DNA of 64,000 nucleotides from Macrostomum lignano (Eukaryota): NCBI GenBank assembly GCA_002269645.1, contig NIVC01000105.1, positions 411,992 to 475,991 of the forward strand, read 5' to 3'. Under the pieces are notes generated by a model. The model was given only the letters and a program-made list of their open reading frames with translations. It did no database searches and was not told the origin of the DNA. The translations under genes were made by a program, and so were the position numbers. Below, in pieces: positions 1 to 9,930 of the stretch; position 1 is the stretch's first letter; each line of letters starts with the position of its first letter.

Positions 1-1769
1 CCTTCCATCTTCATGCTCACCCGACGCTTCTTAGTGATGATGAATTCGGTGATGTCGTCCAGATTCTTTGGCACAACAATCGCGTCCATTTGATTTGGGG
101 TCAGCTTCCAGAACGACATGGTGAACATTCTGGTGATTTGGCTGATCTCGAAGTTGCTAACCAAAGTGATGGGAGCCTTCTTGAGCAGGCGCATGACGGT
201 CTTGGACATGAGGTTCGGCACGCAGTTGATCACGCTGGTCAAGCCAAAGTAGGTGTCATAGTAGGAGTAGCGGAAGAATGGTTCGATGAGCTCGGAGTCA
301 ACCATGATGAAAACAATGAGGTCGCAGAGGGCTTCAATAATGACGCTGGACATGTTCTTGATGAGGCAGTTCTGGAGCAGACCGGTGAGCAGGCTGAGGC
401 AGTTGATGGTGTCGAAGCGGTAGACCCAGGCTCGCTCCTCTTCCGTGATGCCGTCGCTTTCTGCGCTGGTGGCGTGGCTGGACCACTGCTTGTGTCGCAG
501 GTACATACCGTCCGACTTCAGATTGAGGAAGTAGTTCAGCTGGAAGATGATGGGATCGATGTACAGCCGGTGCATGCCAGTCGAGTCGGTCTCCGCCGAG
601 CTCTTCACCGTCTGTGAGATGACGAAGAAGTCGTGCTGCTTGAAACAGAGAACGGCTCTGAGAATCTGCGGTAGCGCGAACAGATGCTTGCCATCAAAGT
701 AGTACTGATAGGTGAGCAGCCGGCGCACGTACGACATGATATTCGGCACCACGGGTCGGACGGGGTTCTTCGGCTTGCCATCCTTGTCGGAGAACACTGT
801 AGCGTACTCATCCGGCACCGGCACGTCTTTGTTTTTCAGTACCTTCCGACCGGCATAGTTACCCAGCTTGGTAGGGTTGTTGAAATTGTGTCTGGTCAGC
901 TCTTTTAGCTCGAATGATTCCATCATCACTTTGCCGACCTCTTTGAGCAGGCCCATGTTGAAGTTGTAGGCCTGGCTGACAACGTACTGCAGGTTGAACA
1001 TCTTCTCTACAAGACCAGCCACGTTGATGGACGGCCTGCGCTCAAGTACGTAGCGCAGCACATCGATCCAGTCGGTGAAGGGCACGCCGAACTGGTAGTA
1101 CTTGCGCCGGTAAGTCAGCAGGGTCGTGTTGGACGGGTTCCAACCGGCCAGAGCCAGATAGTGCAGGCCCTGATAGTACTCGCGCTTGATGCAGAGGAAG
1201 TCAAACTGGAAGCGCACCAAGTCGTACTCGCTGTCGTGCACAAACGAGGCAAACTGCGGAGCGGTCACGTTAACTAGATAGTTCTTGCCCGACTTTGCCG
1301 AGGCGAGTTTCAAACAGCCAGTCTCGGCTTTCAGGTACAGCGCGACGCCGAACGAGTTCAGGTAGAGCATCGCCTTGTTGTTGAACACCGGCTTGTCCAT
1401 GGAGGCGGCCTCGCCCCAGTAGTAGCTCGGCCGGTCGATCACCTGATAGTATTTGTTGCTCTCGAACAGCGGCCTGGTCCGAAGCGACAGCAGCGCCTTC
1501 TGAAGCCGCCACTCCGAAGTGTCCTTCAACAGGTTGATGAGCCAAGACGTGTTGGGATGGTCGATGCCGAAGAAGCCTTCAGGACAGCTGATCATGTCCC
1601 GGAGCGAGTGTCCAACGTCGGCAGACTGCACTTGCTCGGTGCGCGGCATGTCAAAGAAAATCGGCGGTTGCAGCGTCTCCTGCCTGGCGATGAAGTCGGC
1701 TATGACAACCTGCTTCTGCACCGAGAGCTGCTCCATCACCTCCTCACCTTTGGCGCTGGACTTTGCCAT
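1..1769 (-). CDS. Unknown intronless protein, >589 aa, 3' end beyond the window edge
   Basis: Hand translation from ATG at 1769 (in-frame TGA just upstream) gives MAKSSAKGEEVMEQLSVQKQVVIADFIARQ...ITEFIITKKRRVSMKME with no stop down to position 3. Codons are strongly C/G-ending. It is absent from the ORF track because no stop lies in the window; the + strand ORFs 90-617, 684-908 and 1557-1826 are its antisense shadows. No family recognised. Confidence 0.85.
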   Translation of the reverse strand, partial: MAKSSAKGEEVMEQLSVQKQVVIADFIARQETLQPPIFFDMPRTEQVQSADVGHSLRDMISCPEGFFGIDHPNTSWLINLLKDTSEWRLQKALLSLRTRPLFESNKYYQVIDRPSYYWGEAASMDKPVFNNKAMLYLNSFGVALYLKAETGCLKLASAKSGKNYLVNVTAPQFASFVHDSEYDLVRFQFDFLCIKREYYQGLHYLALAGWNPSNTTLLTYRRKYYQFGVPFTDWIDVLRYVLERRPSINVAGLVEKMFNLQYVVSQAYNFNMGLLKEVGKVMMESFELKELTRHNFNNPTKLGNYAGRKVLKNKDVPVPDEYATVFSDKDGKPKNPVRPVVPNIMSYVRRLLTYQYYFDGKHLFALPQILRAVLCFKQHDFFVISQTVKSSAETDSTGMHRLYIDPIIFQLNYFLNLKSDGMYLRHKQWSSHATSAESDGITEEERAWVYRFDTINCLSLLTGLLQNCLIKNMSSVIIEALCDLIVFIMVDSELIEPFFRYSYYDTYFGLTSVINCVPNLMSKTVMRLLKKAPITLVSNFEISQITRMFTMSFWKLTPNQMDAIVVPKNLDDITEFIITKKRRVSMKME

Positions 1770-2304
1770 TGTCTGTTTGTTCCTGTTTTTAGTTCAGAAC
1801 TTGTAAAACTTCTGCGCGAAGTTTAACAACTCGATGTTGTCTAAACAAGCAAAAATTCGATCTGGGTATTTTCTGCTAAGAGGCGTTCAACATCGACTGT
1901 ATGAGTGAAATAACAGACACCAGAGTCAGTCCATAGACATAACTTCAGTTTAATAACTGCTAGCTAAGGTTTTACGATTCTCAAGACTTTTACTAGCCTA
2001 ATAAAGCGCTTGCTTTGGTGAAGCTTCTGTTGCATTTAATGGCAGGATCTAAAGTCGTTTTGGAGGCTTCCCTTGCAAGGGAAAAGCGAAAAAGACATTA
2101 AAAACTTTCTTTTAAGTGCCTCCCCTCTTGACTACCCTACCCCCTCTTGGTGGCGTAAATTTTTAGGACTAGAATTTCAGCCTAAGCGGCCACTATCAAA
2201 GACTTTGGCACATTTCAGAAGCCCTCCAGTGGGCCAAGTAGTGGATTCTGTGCCGTCAGAAATTTTCAAGTGCAGTTTAGGAGGCCGGCAACAATATGGC
2301 GGAG

Positions 2305-2830
2305 AGAGTGACTGGTAAAAAAGATACGGAGAGTGAAGTAAAGAAGGCTGGAGAGTGACACGGAGTCAGAAAAAGTGACATAGAGTGAGAGAGAGACATA
2401 GAGAGAGAGAGAGAGAGTGACATGGAGAGAGTGACATAGAAAGAGTGACATAGAGAGAGTGACATAGAGAGAGTGACATAGAGAGAGAGAGTGACATGAA
2501 GAGAGTGACATAGAAAAAGAGAGAGAGGCATAGAGAGAGAGTGACATAGAGAGAGTGACATAGAAAAAGAGAGAGAGACATAGAGAGAGTGACATAGAGA
2601 GAGTGACATAGAAAAAGATAGAGAGGCATAGAGAGAGTGACATGAAGAAAGTGACATGGAGAGAGTGATAAAGAGAGAGTGACATAGAGAGAGAGTGATA
2701 TAGAGAGAGTGACATAGAGAGAGAGAGAGTGATATAGAAAGGGTGTCATACAGAGAGTGACACAAAAAGGGTGCCACGGAGAGGGACATAGAGAAAGTAA
2801 CATAGAGCGAGTGAGATATAGGGAGTGACA
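2305..2830. repeat. GA-rich minisatellite, approx (GAGAGTGACATA)n with GA-dinucleotide length variation
   Basis: Repeated gagagtgacata units. The overlapping SLSL/CHSL ORFs are repeat translations. Confidence 0.95.
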
Positions 2831-3685
2831 CAGAATGACAGGAAGGAAGTTAGGAGAAAACCGGGGAGTGAAATAGAGAGCGCGCTGAAGATAGGTTTCT
2901 AATCCAGATCCTTAAAAGTCCACGCCGCTCAACGTAATGACTATAGCACACTTGAAAAACACAATTTTATAGCCAACAACATCAAAAAGCTTATTAGGGC
3001 ATCGCAGCACGCGAAGATTCTTAGAAAAGGTAAAAAAAGTGTTTTCTAGCGGTTTTTATTCGATATTTTACAATCCAGAAGGATTTGTTAGCAACTTGTA
3101 CGGGGCCAACCGCCAACCAGTCTCTGTCAACAACAAGCAGCTTCTGGCTTGGGGGGGGGGGCAGTTTCCGCCAGAGCTTTTAATAGAGCTGCCAGCTCGT
3201 CAGCCAATAAGAATTCAGCTAGAAGTAAGCTGCCAGAATGCATATATATAAACCACTGTAGCTTAACACGCTTTCAAAAGGGACCCATGGCTGCAGTTAA
3301 CTAACAACTCGCACCGCACAAACAGCTGTTTCTGCTAAAGCAATTATACCAGTTGAAAATCTGTTTTCTTCTTGAAGCCCAACTGACAAACAGACCTATA
3401 TTGTTGCAACTTCTGCTTCTAGAAATTTTACTTGCCGTTTCTCTGAGGTCTGACTCAGCCCAGGCTCCTCTGGGCCTGGATTCTGCATCATCTATAGCTT
3501 TAGTGATGAAAGTTCGACTATTATTGAAACTCTAAGGTTCGATTGCTACAAAACCCTATTGGTTTATTAGGTGAGTTTGAGCACCGTTTTGCTTCTGCAT
3601 GAGTTTTTATTCTAATTTTTTATGACTTATTTGCTTGTTCTCTAATTTGTACCGATTTTCAGTATCTCTATGCATCTATTCACTC

Positions 3686-4860
3686 AACTCTCCTCTCTCC
3701 TCTCTCACCTCTCCCCTCTCAACTCTCTCCTCTCCCCTCTCCTCTCTCCCCTCTCCCCTCTCAACTCTCTCCTCTCCCCTCTTCTCTCTCCCGTCTCCCC
3801 TCTCAACTCTCTTCTCTCCCCTCTCCTCTCTCCCTTCTCCCCTCTCTACTCTCTCCTCTCCCCTCTCCTCTCTCCCCTCTCCCCTCTCAACTCTCTCCTC
3901 TCCCCTCTCCTCTCTCCCGTCTCCCCTCTCAACTCTCCTCTCTCCCCTCTCCTCTCTCCCTTCTCCCCTCTCAACGCTCTCCTCTCCCCTCTCCTCTCTC
4001 CCCTCTCCCCTCTCAACTCTCTTCTCTCCCCTCTCCCCTCTCCCTCTCTCTCCTCTACTCTCTTCTCTCCCCTCTCCTCTCTTTACTCTTTCCTCTCCTC
4101 TCTCATCTATCTTCTCTCCCCTCACCTCTCTCCCTTCTCCCCTCTCTACTCACTTCTCTCCCCTCTCTTCTCCCCCCTCTCCCTCTCTCTCCTCTACTCT
4201 CTTCTCTCCCCTCTCCTTGCTTTACTCTTTCCTCTCCTCTCTCATCTATCTTCTCTTCTCTCTCCTCTCTCCTCTCTCCTCTCTCCTCTCTCCTCTCTCC
4301 TCTCTCCTCTATCTTCTCTCCCCTCTGCTCTCTCCTCTCCTTCCTTCTCTCTACTCTTTTTCTCTATTCTCTCCTCTCTCCTCTCTCCCCTCTCTAGTTT
4401 ATCCTCTCCTTTCTCCCCTCTACTCTCTCTTCTCTACTCTCTCCTCTGTCCTCTGTATCCCATCTCCCCTCTCCCTCTCCCCTCTCCCCTCTCCCCTCTC
4501 CTCTCTCCTCTCTCCCCTCTCTAGTTTCTCCTTTCCTTTCTCCCCTCTCCTCTCTCCTCTCTCCCCTCTCTAGTTTCTCCTCTCCTTTCTCCCCTCTACT
4601 CTTTCTTCTCTACTCTCTCCTCTGTCCCCTGTATCCCATCTCCCCTCTCCCTCTCCCCTCTCCCCTCTCCTTTCTCCTCTCTCCTCTCTCCCCTCTCTAC
4701 TCTCTCTTTTCTACTCGTCTCTACACACTCCTCTTCCCATTCTCTACTCTCCCCTCTCCCTTCTCTCCACTTTCTTATCTTCTTTTCTCATTTTCATCTC
4801 ATTTTCTCTCCCTACTCTCCTCTCTGCTCTCCCCACTCTTCAAGCTTCTCCGTCTTTCGT
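3686..4860. repeat. CT-rich polypyrimidine low-complexity array (ctctc/ctcccc units)
   Basis: About 1.2 kb composed almost entirely of C and T. Confidence 0.95.
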
Positions 4861-5479
4861 GTCATTTTTTTATGAAGTCAAACCTATAAAATAGATCTTC
4901 TATAGAAATGTTCCACTGACCGCTTCATCTCTCGGTAAAGCACATTTCTGAGAAACTGTCAATCTTCATCACTCTCCACTCTGTCTCTCTTTGGTAGATT
5001 TTCTGCTGAAAAATCGTACTATCATTCATATATTCTACTAAATCTTTTCAGGATTGGCTAACCGAATTAAAAAATATATTGATTCAAAATTCTAAAAATA
5101 TCTGCTTTAGTGTTTCGTCCCTGTTTCTAAGGGAATATAGTTGGATAATTCTGTACGGGAAACCGCAGTGTAATTCCCGGATGGGGGGGGCTTTGGTCGC
5201 TCATCTCTACGGGATGGCTATAAAGCCAGGTAAAATATTGATTATAAGATGGTTACCGTCCAGATACAGAGGACGGTAAACTTTTAGATCTAATCTATGC
5301 ATGGCTATCTATGAATCTATAGATGCTTGTATTTATAACCCTTGGCTAATATTTCAATATTTGTGCACAAGTTAAGAGCGTCGTCTGTGTTGGCACCGGA
5401 AAAGTTGTACTGTGTGTGTTTTGGATTCAACTGGGCCTGGTTGTCCAGCTTTAGCTGGGTAGAGTAGGGCAGCGACGGA

Positions 5480-6310
5480 GACACTGGAGGATCAGAGAGA
5501 TTTAGGGGAGAGGGGAGGGGATTGAGCGGAGAGAGGAGAGATACGAAGGGGAGAAGAGAGGAAGAGAAGACGAGAGAGGAGCGATGAGAGGTAAGAGGAA
5601 AGGAAAGAGACGAGCTAAAAGAGAGAAGAGCCCAGAGACAGTGAATATGAATCTTTTTTCTCTATTCTCTCCTCTCCTCTCTCCCCTCTCTACTATCCCC
5701 TCTCCCCTCTCCTCTCTCCTCTCTCCCCTCTCTACTCTCTCTTTCCTACTCGTCTCTCACCCTCCTCTTCCCATTCCCTACTCTCCCCTCTCCCTTCTCT
5801 CCTCTTTCTTATATTCTTTTCTCATTTTCATCTCATCTTCTCTCCCTACTCTCCTCTCTGCTCTCCCCACTCTTCAAACTTCTCCGTCTTTCGTGGGCGA
5901 GCAAAGAGAGAGTAGAGAGGGGAGAGAGGAGAGAGGAGAGAGGAGAGGGGATAGTAGAGAGGGGAGAGAGGAGAGGGGAGAGGGGATAGTAGAGAGGGGA
6001 GAGAGGAGAGAGGAGAGGGGAGAGGGGATAGTAGAGAGGGGAGAGAGGAGAGAGGAGAGGGGAGAGGGGATAGTAGAGAGGGGAGAGAGGAGAGAGGAGA
6101 GGGGAGAGGGGATAGTAGAGAGGGGAGAGATGAGAGGAGAGAATAGAGAAAAAAGATTCATATTCCCCTTTCAGAAGGGGGGGGGGAGAGGAGAGGGGTA
6201 GATGGGAGTGGGGAGAGAGGAGAGAGTAGAGAGGAGTGGAGAGAGAGGAGAGGGGCGAGGGAAGAGGAGAGAGGAGAAGGGTAGATAGGAGAGGGGAGAG
6301 AGTGAGAGAG
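5480..6310. repeat. Alternating GA-rich / CT-rich low-complexity block with an internal inverted repeat
   Basis: 5643-5745 (gaatatgaatcttttttctctattctc...) is the reverse complement of the array 5905-6165 (...gagaatagagaaaaaagattcatattc). 5730-5895 is a diverged direct copy of 4700-4861. Confidence 0.9.
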
Positions 6311-6487
6311 TGAAACAGATTAGAGAGCAGCAGACACAGCTCGAGATGCAGAGGCATTTGAGCTACCTTTGACTCGGCGCTGTAAATATTCCACAATCTA
6401 GAAAGGCACAGCAAAGCTCTTGATGCCAAAATGCATAAGAAAATGAAGCATTTTAGAATAGTCGCAAACGCACTTTAAATTGCAGTG

Positions 6488-6566
6488 ATGCGCCTGCTAG
6501 TTAACCGTTTCATGGCGCAGTGTCTTGCAACAGTTATGGCCTTTTGTCTCTGCCGGCTGGCACAAG
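6488..6566 (+). CDS. Candidate signal-peptide first exon of the Cys-rich surface protein gene
   Basis: ATG 6488 gives MRLLVNRFMAQCLATVMAFCLCRLAQ-G, ending in a perfect phase-1 donor AAG|GTGAGT. The linking exon(s) to 9189 were not resolved. Confidence 0.5.
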
Positions 6567-7127
6567 GTGAGTTTCTAAAGCATTTATTGCTTTTATTGCC
6601 ATTTTATATTTTTTACATCGTCGATAAAAAACCTCTCTGGCCTTTCTTGTCTTAATATAGCTATTGAAACTCCTGTCACATGTAAGGTGTAAAAGAAGAC
6701 TTTTTTGGCTCGCTAAAAATTGAGTTCAAATTCTAAAGAAATGGTCACAGCGAGGTTCGCTCTTTGCGGTATCTTCTTGTCAAGTTAATCGTCTCTCTCT
6801 CTCTCCTTGTCACGCAGCCGCAGGGGTCCCGCGGGTTTTACTGTCTCAACTTCAATGGTATAGAATAAAATATTGCGCTATACAGTCTCCCGCTGCGATG
6901 CGTCAAGATGAAATAAAACTTCTTGCTGGCATCAGGACAAAATAGCAAATTAAGCGAATAGAGCAGAAATAGAGGGACAGGAACGCTGCTCAAAGATCAA
7001 AGAGAACAATCAAAATGCTGTCAGAGTTTTGACAGAAGACAAAAAAAACTGGACGATACTCGGGGGTTTGACGTTGAAAAGTTTTTTTTAACATTGGCTG
7101 CACTTTGTGCGTTTTTTGGCATTGCTG

Positions 7128-7527
7128 GCCTGTCCTCTGCAGCCTGTCCTCTGCAGCCTGTCCTCTCCAGCCTGTCCTCTCCAGCCTGTCCTCACCAGCC
7201 TGTCCTCTCCAGCCTGTCCTCTGCAGCCTGTCCTCTGCAGCCTGTCCTCTGCAGCCTGTCCTCTGCAGCCTGTCCTCTGCAGCCTGTCCTCTCCAGCTTG
7301 TCCTCTGCAGCCTGTCCTCTGCAGCCTGTCCTCTCCAGCCTGTCCTCTCCAGCCTGTCCTCTCCAGCCTGTCCTCTGCAGCCTGTCCTCTGCAGCCTGTC
7401 CTCTCCAGCTTGTCCTCTGCAGCCTGTCCTCTGCAGCCTGTCCTCTCCAGCCTGTCCTCTCCAGCCTGTCCTCTCCAGCCTGTCCCCTCCAGCCTGTCCT
7501 CTCCAGCCTGTCCTCTCCAGCCTGTCC
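7128..7527. repeat. 14-bp minisatellite (CAGCCTGTCCTCT[C/G])n, ~28 copies
   Basis: Direct inspection. Confidence 0.97.
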
Positions 7528-8149
7528 ACTACAACCAATTCCCCCATGCTAACCTGTCCACCAAGATCTGTGTTACCTAAATCAAAGCCATTTTTCGGGA
7601 GGGTCAAAAGATTTGCAACCCTGATGCAACGGTTAGTGCCAAGCATATCCTATAGGTATGGCAAAAAATCGCTCAATATGAAGATCCAGATCCATTACCA
7701 ACCAGTCTGTCTGCTATTATAGTTACGGCCTGCAGTCAGCCAACCACAGTCCAACCAGGTAGTTAGTTGCCTGGACAATTAATTAGCGAGAGAAACACCC
7801 CAGGGGGTCCGGGAGCACAGGGTTCGCAGGTCAAGACTTGTTGATACTCGTACACACCTTTCACCGGGGGGGGGCGAAAAGACAGCGTAGCCAAGCCTGA
7901 GGGATCCGCATGACTTTGTAGGGAGAATTTTCCCCAACCTTGCAGATTCTTGACTTTCCAACTCCGGTGTGCTAATTAGGTCAGGGCTACAAACTGACAG
8001 AAACTTCTAAGAAATATGTAATGTGCGTTTGGGTTCCGCCACAGTATATGAAATATTATATAATATTATGTTGTGAATAGGAAATTATACTCATTTCTAG
8101 AATCACACTCAATCATTTTTATCCAAACATCTATTATTCTCAGCACAAT

Positions 8150-9100
8150 CTAATCTACAATCTACCCATTATCTACCCAATCTACCCTGCTATCTACCCA
8201 TTATCTACCCAATCTACCCTGCTATCTACCCATTATCTACCCAACCTACCCTGCTATCTACCCATTATCTACCCAACCTACCCTGCTATCTACCCATTAT
8301 CTACCCAATCTACCCTGCTATCTACCCATTATCTACCCAACCTACCCTGCTATCTACCCATTATCTACCCAACCTACCCTGCTATCTACCTATTATCTAC
8401 CCAATCTACCCTGCTATCTACCCATTATCTACCAATCTACCCTGCTATCTACCCATTATCAATCCAACCTACCCTGCTATCTACCTATTATCTACCCAAT
8501 CTACCCTGCTATCTACCCATTATCAATCCAACCTACCCTGCTATCTACCCATTATCTACCCAATCTACCCTGCTATCTACCCATTATCAACCCAACCTAC
8601 CCTGCTATGGTATCTACCCATTATCTACCAACCTACCCTGCTATCTACCCATTATCTACCAATCTACCCTGCTATCTACCCATTATCAATCCAACCTACC
8701 CTGCTATCTACCTATTATCTACCCAACCTACCCTGCTATCTACCCATTATCTACCAATCTACCCTGCTATCTACCCATTATCAATCCAACCTACCCTGCT
8801 ATCTACCAATTATCTACCCAATCTACCCTGCTATCTACCCATTATCAACCCAACCTACCCTGCTATCTACCTGTTCTCTACCCGTCCTACCCTGATATTT
8901 ACCCATTATCTACCCAATCTATCTTACAATCTACCCATTCTCTACTTAATCTACCCTGCTATCTACTCGTATCTATCTAATCTAACATGCTATCTACCTT
9001 TATTTACCCGACCTACCCTGCTTTTACCCATTAGCTACCCAATCTACCCTAAAATCTACTTAATCTGCCCGTCTGCACTGCTATCTACCCATTCTCTATG
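8150..9100. repeat. ~32-bp minisatellite (ATCTACCCATTATCTACCCAATCTACCCTGCT)n, degenerating to the right
   Basis: Direct inspection. Confidence 0.95.
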
Positions 9101-9188
9101 CAGTCTACTCAGTGCTCAAATCCTACAAGTTATCGAACCCCAAGCCAACTAAACTCATGCAGTCACCAATAGGCACTTATCCATGCAG

Positions 9189-9274
9189 AAACATGATCCC
9201 AATCTCCATCGCAAACTCACGCTTGACCACTTCCACTCACTAAGCGAAGCGAGAGGATTCAGAACCCCCTTACG
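9189..9274 (+). CDS. Candidate internal exon of the Cys-rich surface protein gene
   Basis: atgcag|AAACAT...TTACG|gtacgc encodes KHDPNLHRKLTLDHFHSLSEARGFRTPL and ends in phase 2, matching the exon at 9931. Confidence 0.5.
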
Positions 9275-9589
9275 GTACGCTGCAGTTAGAGAAATTTATG
9301 AGTATAGTGTATATACTACCTAGCCAGCACTTAAGGGGTTTCACAGATGGATGTGTGGGATTCTGTAGCAATCAGAATAGAGTGAATAGCACTTGTGTGG
9401 CTTGTAAATTCACTCTCGTATTGGTGAAAAAAATAGAGTAGAAAGGAATGCTACAGCATTAGACTGGTATGAAGGTTTTACTGCGTTTTATTGAGTTTGT
9501 AGAATGTTTGCGGTTTCCCTTCTTCTACGCTCGTGTATGATTAATATCTCAATATTTAGAATAAAGGTGCACACAATGAGATATTAGTT

Positions 9590-9890
9590 AGATAATGGGT
9601 AGAAGAGTAGAGGTAGACAATGAGTAGATTGATTAGACACTGGAGTAGATAGGGTAGAGAATGAGTAGCCACAGGAATAGATTGGGTAGAGAATGAGTAG
9701 ACACAGGGGTAGATTGGGTAGACAATAAGTAGACACTGAAGCGGATTGAGTAGATACAGGAGTAGATTGGGTAGACAATGAGTAGACACAGGAGTAGATT
9801 GGGTAGAGAATGAGTAGACACAGGAGTAGATTGGGTAGAGAATGAGTAGACACAGGAGTAGATTGGGTAGAGAATGAGTAGACACAGGAT
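9590..9890. repeat. 32-bp minisatellite (AGTAGATTGGGTAGAGAATGAGTAGACACAGG)n, an inverted relative of the 8150-9100 array
   Basis: The reverse complement cctgtgtctactcattctctacccaatctact aligns to ccctgctatctacccattatctacccaatcta. Confidence 0.93.
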
Positions 9891-9930
9891 AGCAGCATCA
9901 ACCGAGCACTGCTCTCAATCTCTTCCCCAG

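Noticed and set aside
2266-8900. Many long ORFs (SLSL, LSPL, ERGE, ACPLQP, YPAIY types) in the ORF track
   Set aside because: They are translations of stop-free tandem or low-complexity arrays, open in several frames and on both strands.
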